Shown here: positions 26,601 to 38,600 of the stretch, piece by piece
How the letters are laid out: each line of letters begins with the position of its first letter
How positions within the stretch are numbered: the first letter of the stretch is position 1
Assembly: GCA_051294905.1 (NCBI GenBank)
Contig: CM119385.1
Span: forward strand, 11,842,001-11,906,000
From: Botryllus schlosseri
Lineage: Eukaryota
DNA: 64,000 nucleotides
Reading direction: 5' to 3'
The notes under the pieces: model-generated
Seen by the model: the letters and a program-made list of their open reading frames with translations, nothing else
What the model was told of the DNA's origin: nothing
The model's database searches: none
Program-made: the position numbers and the translations under genes

Positions 26601-29600
26601 TCAAGTGCGATACGAACGTTGGCGCAGCTACGTTAGACGACACCATGCCAAGACCGAGCCTGCCGTGCGTGCTTTCGCCGCATGAGTACACCTGGAATAT
26701 AAATCTGTGGACTGAAGAAAATTCAATGACTTAATGGAGCATCAGTCTCGTAATTACGTTTCAGAACCAGCCATAGCCCGCGATTCACAATGGATATTAT
26801 CGACCTATCGTAACAACAGTGAAATATGCTGGAAGCTTTGAACAGTTACATTTGAATGTGATTTTATGCCAATTTTCGAGATAAAAAAAATCCACAATAT
26901 CTGCCACAATACTGGCAAGACTATTGTATAAAAATACTATTGTATAAGCAAGTCATGTGTAGGTATATTGTTCCATTGCAAACTGCAAAGCTGCCATTGA
27001 TTACAAACAAATTCGACCATACGCTAAGCCAGAAAACACTGCAAATTTTGCTTTAATCCCAGCAGGACATCATATCGGGGAATTACAGCAAAAGCAAGGT
27101 GTGTTGGGATAATCTGTTTTCTTTCCACTATTGTCTCTGCATTGCATACAATTCCGCAGCCTTTCGGGATATTGTCATTATATGGTTATTTATCACTATT
27201 GTACCGTCTTTCAAGTTACCATGAAAAAATGATCCAATTTAACAATACGCAATTCCTGCACAGCGCACACGGTACCGTTCTACAATAGTCTCCCAGATGA
27301 CTTGGAGGTATTATAGTGGATTTTGCGGATTTTACAGAGTCCCGTAATCTTCCAATCATATTCAAGAACAGTTTAAAGTGATTACGGCCTTTACAATATA
27401 TTAAATATTCTGGTTTCGAGTAGTTTTTTACCTTTCCCTCTTGCGTGACGATGAAAAGGCTCTTTGACCCGCCGATAATTTGCGCGACTTTCAGTGACGA
27501 AATCGCTTCCGAGATGTAAGGGGTCTTAATTTTCGACCCTCTGGGACCGCCGAGTTGATCCTTATCGTTCAGACCCCAAACGTAAACCCGAGTGTGGGTA
27601 GTTTGTACAGCCGCGGACATCTTGTGTTTTTTTGAAGCGGCCTGATAAAACAAATCAATTGTTAACTTATTTCACCCCGAGACACTGAAACAAGACCAAG
27701 GCAAATAGTCATATACAAAAGAATCAAAACTATGTTTAAAATCGAGTATACCGTCGATGGGGATGGTCTTGTATCATCTGTTGAATCGACAAGAAAAATA
27801 TCCTCGAAGATATCATCACACGACTGAATTCTCTCTTCCGGTTTTGAGACAAGCGACGGCGTTCTTGCAACGGGGAGCAGGTAGCCTTTGATCAGCAATC
27901 CGTAAATCTAAATCAAACAAGATTCCGTGCAGGCTGGTTGGTCTAGAATTCACAATATATAACGGGTAAATGGATCCTTGTACTACTTACTCAAAAAGCT
28001 ATGCTTTAAGACTACTTCCGCTTGAACAGTATTTAGGGAGAGCTACTGCGTTTTACAATTTGGATAGTGAAAATGAGCAAGTAGCTTTGGAGTAGATGCC
28101 TCCTTTGAAACCGCAGACATCCTTTACCTTACAATCGATGCCAAAGCCGTGGCATTCTAGGATTTTGATGGTGATTCGCCGATAGGGTTTGTCGCAGTCT
28201 CGCAGCAGGAGCACGAATTTCGACGTCGGCTGTATGGTGATACGTCGCGACTTGACGTTTTTCTTCTCCGCGCTTGAGAGCACGATGCTGACCAGGCTCG
28301 GTATGTAATTTCTTTCGTTGCGATCCACCTGAGACAATAGCCGATAGTATTTTTATCGTACAGATATCGTACGGTCGACAACAAATCGGCGCAATGAAAA
28401 ACGAGAAATTGTTCTAGGCGCCTTTTCAATATTTATGTCACAGTGATATGATTAAATATTGCTGATTAAAAAATGCAAATATAACGAGCCACTCTCACAC
28501 AGGGCTTTGGAGCCGGAGCCCCAGAGCCGTGCATTTTTACCGGAGCTGGAGCTCTACATAAAATTCAGCCGGAGCCGGAGCCAGTTATTTGAGGGGTAGT
28601 TCCGGCTCCGACGTATTTCATAAGATGCTATCATATATGCAACAACCATTGTCCTGATTTCACATAATTCAACAGCAAGCAAGCCTTTGCGAAATTAAGA
28701 ATATTTTCTTCTCTGGCGCTACCTTTTCCGACTAACCATGTTCTTGGGGATTTAACAGCAGAGCAGGGGGAGGCGGAGGGGGAGAGGGAGAGGGAGAGGG
28801 AGAGAGTCTTCATTTTCATCCGACCAAAATACATAACACACGGCAGTGATGGTGGTACAGAAAATATGCATGCACAGTATTCGGTATTAGATAGGAATGA
28901 TCGATAGACCGTGAAGGTCATCTAGTCTGATCACACCAGCATCAAACAGGTACACTTGACTCTGAACAGTCTGGCTGTAAAAAATGTTAGTTATAAAAGT
29001 AAAATAGAAGAAAATTAAACGATGGTAGCAAATGATCAATGAAGCAATGTCTGGGCGAGGTAGGGCAACAGCGTTAGTATAACGACAAGAGGTGATCAAG
29101 TAGGGCTTTTTTGAATCTATTATAAGGCAATTCGCGGATATGTGGTGGTAATGCATTCCAGATGATAGGTCCCGAGTAGTCGATAGATCTCTTAGTTAGG
29201 TTGCTATTGGGTGGCGGGATGGCAGGAGAGTAGCCCGAAACGCCGTTACACTCAGCGAACAATTGTCACGATGCGAGCTACTCAATGCGATGTCAGGACC
29301 GCATGGTATTTTATGTTGGAGACAAATTACTGATTTGATACGCGATTTCCAATTTGTAATCATCTGTTTCGTAAATTCATTCTTGATGTCTGCTTGATAC
29401 TCTAGTATTCCCGGATTATCGCGCACTGTGACTTGTAAATGTGCAATGTGCATACTGCATAGTTTAATTCGTTATGGGCATGGCGCAATGTACATGGCAC
29501 AGTGTTTAATTCGAGTATTCGATTCGTTTCAACGAGAAAATATTATATTCCGATAAACTTGATCGACACCGGATGGACTGGTAACGAGTGCACTAGGGTT

Positions 29601-32600
29601 GTCCAAAATTTGGAAAATGTTACAAATCCGCCGTTGTAATGTCTTATTCTATAGATTATTGATAAAAAACGACACTGGGCCTAAAAGAAACTCACAGGAA
29701 GGCCGTTAACATTTCGTGCAAAGCGTTTGAAAGTAGCTGCCGAAGAATGGGCGTGCCACCGACCATAGAACGGCGAGAAGACTAGTAATCACGAAACCAC
29801 GGCTCTTGATTGGCTAATTGGCTATGCTTCAATGACCACGACTGCAGCAGCTTGATGATGAGGAGATCAAGGAGTCTGCTACCGGCGGCGATTCTGAAAG
29901 CGCATTGTATGTAGGTTGGCAGATATTGATTTAGGATTGATTCAGGGTATGTTGAGGTACGAAATACATGATGTACAAACAACAGCTGCTTCACAAAAAC
30001 GTCCAAAGCATGACTGCTTTATTGTGAAGGAAACCGCCGTAGCCTATATGCCTCGTTTTCAACGAGGGAAAGCATAGATGCTTATGCGAGTGGCGACAGA
30101 TTCCTAGTTTCAGAAAGGATCTATCATTATTGAATACAAATATAAAGCTTAACAATGACACTACTTTGCCTGTCTGAGCTTATTGGGCTCCGGTTGTAGT
30201 ACGTAGTTGAAGTTTTGAAAGCTCTAAGGATCGGCTGAATCAGCGGGTTAGCTTGGCCCTTATCAGATGCTTTTACATCAAATTGTATTCACTTGCAAGT
30301 GTTTTCAAAGTCCTTAATGCTGGTGCAGAAGAGAGGTGTAAAAGTAAGCACATACTATGCTGGATATGATATGCCAAAGTCCTTGATAATCGTGCAGAAA
30401 AGGGGTGTAAGGCAACGCACAGACAATGCTGCATAGTGCATAGTATCCAGCATATTGTTTATATCATATCAAGCATAGTCCGTGCTTACATTTACACCTC
30501 GTCTCTGCGGCATCATTAGGGACTCTGAAAACACTTACAAGTGAATTCAATTTGCTGTAAACATCTGATAAGTGCCAAGCCTAACCGATCCCTAGATCAT
30601 TCAAAACTTCAACTATGTACTACAACCTGAGCCCAATAAGATGACACAAATTAAAGTGTCATTGTTAGGCTTTATATTTGTATTCAATAATGATATAGCC
30701 TTTCTGAAACTAGGAATCTGTCGCCACTAGCATGAGCGCCTATGCTTTCCCTGGTTGAAAACAAGGCATATAGGCTACGGCGGTTTCCTACACAATAAAG
30801 CAGTCATGCTTTAGACGTTTTTGTGAAGCAGCTGTTGTTTGTAAATCATGTATTTCGTACCTCAACTTACCCTGAATCAATCCTAAATCAGTATCTGTCA
30901 ACCTACATACAATGCGCTTTCAGAATCGCCGCCTGTAGCAGACTCCTTGATCACCTCATCATCAAGCTGCTGCTGTCGTGGTCATTGAAGCATAGCCAAT
31001 TAGCCAATCAAGAGCCGTGGTTTCGTGATTACTAGTCTTCTCGCCGTTCTATGGTCGGTGGCACGCCCATTCTTCGGCAGCTACTTTCAAACGCTTTGCA
31101 CGAAATGTTAACGGCCTTCCTGTGAGTTTCTTTTAGGCCCAGTGTAGTTTTTTATCAATAATCTATAGAATAAGACATTACAACGGAGGATTTGTACGAT
31201 TTTCCAAATTTTGGACAACCCTAGAGTGCACCAATAACGAACGTCAAACCATTGGCCATTTGGTACAAATCGAATTTCTATTGATCAGGTCGTGATGTCA
31301 GCCCATATTGCTCTTGCTACAGTTACAGTTGAATAATAATCGCTTATTTAAAGATTGAATTGAGCTGTATGGCTTGATGTTAACGAGTACAGTGCCAGTG
31401 TTAAAACGCCGCATCAGAATTTTCATGGGTGTACACAGCAATGGCATGAAGTAAAGTGCGTTCTAGTGCAACTATGATGTTATGGACAATTGACAAGTAT
31501 TCATTATGACGTCACAAGCCGACACGGCGTTACCTATGTCTTTGTTGCTGCATCCGATGTTACTGACGGCTGACAGACTGTAGATTATACTATAGATAAC
31601 TAACCTAAGGGTAAATTAGAAATCTATATAGACCAGGGGTGGCCAACCTTTTCGGCTAAGGGGCCACATGAAATTGACGAACGAGTGCGCTGCCCACTAG
31701 CCGCACCAGGCGCGTAAAATTTTAAAAGTTAATATTATTATTACTTGGGTATATTGCGGGTCGACTGTATACCGCCCGATGGGCTCAGTTTGCAAGGACA
31801 GGACTATTCGGCATCTGGACATATCGATATCGAAGATTATTATTTTGTGCCTACATTTCATCGCTGACGATCTTTCTGCGAGCGCAAACGCGAAAAGACT
31901 TTCTCCCGTAATTGCGATTATAGTTAGACTCAATCGGCTAAATCAGGCGTTTTTTCATTTTCAGGAGTGGGTAGGCTACAAAGCAAGAAATCGTGTGACA
32001 ATTAAACACGCGAAGTGTGAAGAAAATTTTTACTACTCTTTTAGTTTATTGTAATGTACGACGATTAACTAAAAATGTGACTGCGGACCCTTGATCTACC
32101 AATGCGTCGGAAGCTCGGAACTGATATTTTAGTCATCAACATCCCAAGTGTCGCGGCCAGACTAATCATATTTTTGGTTGGCCTTGCAATTCAATTTCGA
32201 TAATATAACAGGATTTCGATAATATAATGGGAAATTGGCTCGCGGGCTACTCAAAACCTTCTCGCGGGCCACATATGACCCGCAGGCAGCGGGTTGCCCA
32301 CCCCTGATATAGACAGACATCTTCGATAGTTTTCAGAGCCGGAGCAGCGGTAATAATGCGGCTCCAGAGATGGAGCAATGCAAATTTACGGCTGCTCCAA
32401 AGCCCTGCTCTCACATTGATGAGGCATATAAAATAGCAAGTGTCATATCAGCTAACAGCCTCGCTATCATCAATGTCTTGCTATTCTGAATGTTTCACGA
32501 CAGATGCCTTCCCTAATATGCGGGATTGCGGATTGCATATGACTTGACTGGGAATGCTAGGGTATATTTTCAGAAAAACTTTCATATAATTCTCGTACTT

Positions 32601-35600
32601 AGATCGGCAGCGACAGACTATGAAATCATCGTCTAACAAGAAATGAAGACCTGCATCACGAGGCTGGTAACCACAGCTCCGGGCCGCATGGTCAACGTGA
32701 TTTGATGTTCTCCTGGTTGACCCGCAGACTTCCAGAACGTTTCGTCGTTCTCGTCGACGAGGTTCTTTTTCGAGCTGGCGCCGGAAGAGACTTCCAGTTT
32801 ATCGACGAGTTTCTTCCACGAAGTAGTCGTCTTCGTGCTCTTGCTCGCGAGCGGATCATAAGTGGCTAAAAACGAAAAGTGATTCGTGTGCGCCCGCATG
32901 AACGGTATAATTTAATTCACCCAGAGGTGGTCATAACAACATTTTTCCCTCGTGTCGCAGGCTATGGCTGGTGCAGCCCTTGTACCACAGTAACTAAATA
33001 TATATTTCCGAAGGCTTGTTGCGTTTCGTTAGTCGTGAAGTTGCGTCTTGGGATTGCGATAGAACCCTCCTCAGACTATCTGCTAAAAATATGCCACCCC
33101 GCGACCAAATGTATTTTTGAAACTACTAACTTGAGAACTTTTCAGAACTTTCCACTTCCATTCTACTTCCACTTAAAGTAGTTTTGTCATGTCTTGGGCA
33201 TTTCAACTTCAACTTGTAATTGAGTATGGCGTCACTTATACTACTTAGACCACATCTGGTTACAGTAAGGCAATCTCACCCTCGCCGCTGCTGTGCGCCC
33301 CGCTCAATTCCGAATCATCCGGGCAAAACGCGCACGCCTGCGTCTGTATCTCATCGCCCGGAGTCAACCTTTTCCTGGGTCGCAAACGTGTCGCGGCAGA
33401 ACTCGGCGATTGAAAACTGGCGGTGGTCCGGACCTTGGCCGCCCCCGGCTTCTCGATCATGTCGAAAACGTGCCGCGTCGAGGCGTGGCTCACCGTGCCA
33501 AAGCAGGAAGCGCACATGTCGAAATCGACGCAGACCGTGCATTTGTAGCGAGGTCCGACGATGGGCTTGGCCTAGAAATTTCAGAAAACAATCATTAGTA
33601 CTACTTCGGCTGTGAATAATGCCGTCCTAGTCGACAATTCAACCCCTTAAAGGGCCTATGTAGAAAGCAGAGGTGGTCAAAGTAGTAGGCCTTGCTACTG
33701 CGGTTGGGACCCCGGGAATTCCGGATTCCGGGATTAATCCCATTAAAATTCCAGGATTTAGAGAAAGCATCTACCACAGCTGAAGTAGCGCCATACATCT
33801 TATTCAGCTCTTAAAGCAGTGTTACAATTACCGCGGTGTTGAACAATCACATTAGTATGATAATAATACCAACGATGGCCTAGCAATGAACTACGCCAGT
33901 GCTCTTTCAATCTTTTTCAGAATTTGAAGTTTACTTAAAAACTGTCCACATCAGTCTACATAATACATAGAATCCATGGTTATCTTAATCGGAGTGATGA
34001 TATGTGAGGCTGCAAGGGATAGGAAACGCTACTATCAAAAACAAATTAGTGCGATTACGGGACCAGGATTTAACACAGTGGTTTTGGCACCAGGGTCTGC
34101 CAAACCTTTTCGGGAAAGCATTTTCTCAAAACGATTGATAAATCTAACTTGTGATACTGTAAGCAAAGGCAGATCACCTGAAAATTTTTAATAAAAGTAG
34201 GCATTCGGGAAGTTAAAATGGGTTGAAGGTACAGAGTAGTCTCCGACCTGACAGTGATCACAGTGAACGTTGGGATGCTGTTCGGGCACTTTCTCCAATT
34301 CGGCCAGCAGACAGGTCCAGCGTTGCTGCTCCTCGAAATCCACCATGGCGTTGGCGCCGTCGATGTTCACCACTTTACCCACCGAGTCGCGAGTCACCTG
34401 ACCCCACTTGTATTTCGGCGCTATGACCGACCTCTTCACGCGTACCTGGACACGAAACTTTATTAGTATGGCGAAAAGACAATGGTGCACAATTTCCCCG
34501 CGAGGTGATTTTACAATAGCCAGATAAATCAGGAAGTGATAATGACCAAGGCCAGAAGCAAGATTTTAAAAACCAGAGTTGAATTTATAAAATTAACACT
34601 TAGAACAGGGGCTCTTAACCTGGCTTTTGCAAACTAGTACCAAAGGGTCTATGAAAAGCCAATGTACAAACAACAACTCTAAATATACCTTGTCCTTCGT
34701 AAAATCTGTCCTTATTTCGTCTTATTTACAAAGCTCACCATAGGTAACAAGCGAAAGCAGTGACCTTCTTTGCATAATCTGATAACTTCTCGGCCAACAA
34801 CTAGGCCAGCTGGCAATATGAGGCCATGATTAGGACAGGGTGGAAGTAATGAACACTTTTTAAGTCGTGGGCTTCCAAAATTCCAAGATTAGGGGACCCA
34901 CGCTAGAAAAAAGGTTACGAAGCGCCGACTTACAAGATATCGAATGAGTTACCAATTTTCACTAAACTTAGTTGAGTTTGGACATGTAATTTTCATTACC
35001 CGACAAAGACTCGGGTCACAATACGAAATAAATTCAAATCGAATTTGAATATACAAATACCATGTATAGACTCAGATTTCAAACTTTGACATGCCGCAAT
35101 CATTAGCTCCTGCAATTAGATTTTAGATTTTTAATATTGGAACATCATAATTGCAACTGCAATGACACCACCTCAATGCTTACAACTATTCATATTCATA
35201 TATGTAATGTCTACTGGCCTTATTAACACCTACCGTGTCTCCAACATCTATCGGCGACAACATCAAATGCAGCTGGTCCTCGGGTAACGCTACCGATTCG
35301 TCCCTCAAAAGTTCGACATGCATGTACCTCACCTGCGGAATACAGGAACTTTCACTTTCTATTCTCGCAAGCTAAATCGAGCACAATACCCAATAAGTCC
35401 CGCCTTTTGATGCCCAAGCCGCATGCACATTCAGATCGTTCAATCCGTCGTGATCGAGCTTCAACACGCGGCCGGTATCGCCTTCTTTTACATCCTCGTA
35501 GGATTTACAGCACTTTACCAGCATACCAACCTGAGCAAGGGTAGCATAGGTAAATTAGGTGCGTGTATGATGTCCAGATGATGCTGGACAAGGAACGTGC

Positions 35601-38600
35601 CGAAGTAGTCTTGTAAGGCTTTGCATCATAACTGAGCTGCTGTCAATGAGGAATTTATCGAAAAAACTGGCCTAATAGAAAGAAGAGTGATAATCCTACG
35701 GTTGCTAAAGTAAGTAATGACGTAAGGTCGTATTTAACGAATAAACATTGATGACTGATGTCTATTAAGAAATCTCGAGACATTATCATACCGTCTGCAA
35801 TCTTGCACTTAGAAAATCCACAGATTTAGATAATTAGTTTGGGTGCAAAACAACACTACGCAATCAAAAAATTTCCTGGTAGGCTTCACCTTGATTTTGC
35901 TGCGTATGTATTTCGCGTAGTCGTCCGAACTGTCAAAGTCTTGGCGAGTGAGACAGGTCGCGCCCGCGCGCAGGCTTGTGTCCTCGTCCCGAGACATGTC
36001 GAGGCTGAATGTACGTAAATCAGAAGCCAATTTTAGTGGTTATAATTATAGCTTATATACTACTGCTCTTACTTAGGAGTTATCAGATTTTAAAGCAACA
36101 ATAGGCCAGGAATCCTTCATGCTATATATATTTACTTGTATTTAAAATGAAAGTACGTTACTCGAGTACCAACGATGATTGCTTCGGCCACCTCTATCGA
36201 ATATTAAAAATTATGCCCGACCTCATTGAGCATCCCTGAGAAAAAGCACATTGAATGGTATGTACTCATAAGAAGATTTACCTTCTTTGCGACGTCAGCC
36301 CGTAGTGTGATAGCCGCACTATTGGTGAGGAATTGCTTTCCTGACTGTCGCCATCGTCCGTGCTGTCCGAATCCGAAGATGACGAGGTTTTGTAGTCGTT
36401 GCTGAACGCGTGGTACACGTTTTCCGGTATCAGGTCGCCGCCACGACCAAAGGGATCGTCCTCGATTACTGAGAACTCGTCCAGATCGACATCTTCCTCT
36501 TCGGCGGCGGACGAGTCCAAGTCTGAGAATCAAACGTTTTTGGATTTTCAATTTTCTCTCACGAGTCTAAGTCTAACAAGAGTGGGATCCTGGTATCTTA
36601 GGACAGTTCGTGGGGGCGAGTTGACCCTATTTATTAGTTGACTTTCGTGGCAGTTCCAGAACAATCCGTTTTCACATGCACTTTGTGATGATATCAGGAT
36701 GCCGCTCAATTCAATTTATCTGACTGAACGTACTGACATTTTCTCCACCCTGCACCCGTTTCTCAAAATCGTCCACTCGAGGGCGATATCAACCCTGTTG
36801 GAAACCACTGCTCTAGAATAATTTTTTTCAATATCCCTACGATTTCAATCGTTTTTCCGCGGCCCAATATAGCGATACAAATGTTAGGAACAAGTGGAAA
36901 CCATTCATTTCAAGAATTCGTAAAGTTTTCTTGACAAAACTACTCAATTGTCACACTTGGGAATTTGTGAATCAGAGAGTCGTTTAGTGATGTGTTTGTG
37001 TCACTTCAAAAAGATTAATTGTCATAACATCTGGGCAAAATAGCCATAGTTCGTTTGAGTCAGTCACAAAGATGCACCATACAATTTCTAAGATAGCCTA
37101 TCAATTATTAACAACCATAACACACTAAACCTTCTATCGTCGCGATCGGATGTTCCAACAGCCAAGCGATCACAATTTCCAAATCCAGCACGTAACCACC
37201 TTCCGCCAGGTCTCCTGCACAAGTTAACCGGTTGAGCCACAGCAATATCATCATTCGAACAGGCGGCCTTACTCTGCGTCGCGAACACGGGCGACTTACG
37301 CAGCTGGCGGTAAGCGCGCAAGACATGCTTGTCCTTGAAACCCATGTCCTTCAATGTCTTCATGTCGCCGGCCGGTATTGGCAAGTCCGCGTCTTTGGTG
37401 CTGGCCGCTCGGTTGCTTTTGACCGGCGTAAACGTGGAGAACCTTGGAACCCTGCGGATTTTTATTTTTAGAGGTGCACGGGACGGTAAGAAACATAATT
37501 CTACGACGTGAACCTCGGTGTGGTCGAGTTTCTCGGCGTACGATCGTAGCGGCGCAGTCTTTCTTGAAGGTGGCGGCGCATCGAATTATCGTGGAGTTGC
37601 TGTAATTGTTAATATGTAGCAGGTGGAAGAAGTTACGGTGTTCGGAGAGTGTCAAGTGGAAAGGTATCAGAATTCGAAATGTGAATGGTTGAATTGCTGG
37701 AACTTGGCGCCTGTGAGAGGTGGCTGAAGTAGTCCTCGTTGGTGCTCGAATAAAAGTAGAAGTAGCGAATTTTTAGTAAATATTTTAGACCTAGGTTTAC
37801 CTAAAGTAAGTAGAAGTGGAAGTACTCGTAATCATAATTGAGTACATCAGTGCTGACCACCTCCTGTGCACGCTCAGGTTTGGTTAAAAGACCATTGAAG
37901 CGTCGCACATCATCAATATCACATCATAACTAATTTCATATCGAAAAATTTTTGGCTCTGCGAATTGGCTATGTTACGTTACAAGAATTTTGAATTTACA
38001 CCTTAAAGCACACGAAATATCCGTCAAGGTACAGTATTAAACATTACCAACCTACCTCATTTGCCTTTACATGCTCGATTTGTCGCGCCCGTCTCTCGCT
38101 GCGGCTTTGCCGCCAATTCTGATTGTCTCTGCAAGAAAACGAGAATTGGATCGCGCTCGACACGTCAAAATTACATCGGATATTCATCAAAATGTTCGGA
38201 AAAACTTTCATCATGAAAATTTTCACCTCTGCCGACTATGCTATCAAAATATCAAGATGAAGGGAGGATCCAAAAGATATAACGCGAAACCATGCAGCGT
38301 CTCTACAGAGGGATATGGATTCAGTGTGGTGAAAAACGCACAAAAACATCTTTAACGCGATATAACCAGCATCATCTTCTATGGTCACAAAAGTCATTGA
38401 CAGTAATTAGTAATGTTAACCGGTTCGCTGATCTCACAAAATTTGGTGATACGGTACTATAGGACCGGTGCGAATCATCTGAAACCGGTCACTGCCTTCA
38501 TACAACAGCCCGCATTCACAAAGTCAGACGCCTGGGATATTTTTAAAGACTTCGAGTGTGGAATCTTTTACTAATCACAACTGCAACTAATTGAAACAAG

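Larger units (their letters stand above)
28500..32407. mobile_element. hAT-type element, 3908 bp including nested insertions, with GGAGCC subterminal repeats
   Basis: The 14-bp TIR is CAGGGCTTTGGAGC / GCTCCAAAGCCCTG, with a perfect 8-bp TSD CTCTCACA (28492-28499, 32408-32415). Confidence 0.92.

Noticed and set aside
29196-29453. ORF inside the outer hAT element as a transposase remnant
   Set aside because: No BED finger, DDE or hAT dimerisation motif is recognisable.
29782-31035. Twin 70-74 aa ORFs (29782-30006 minus, 30823-31035 plus) as a duplicated small gene
   Set aside because: They are mirror images created by the foldback arms, have no recognisable domain, and differ in start codon.
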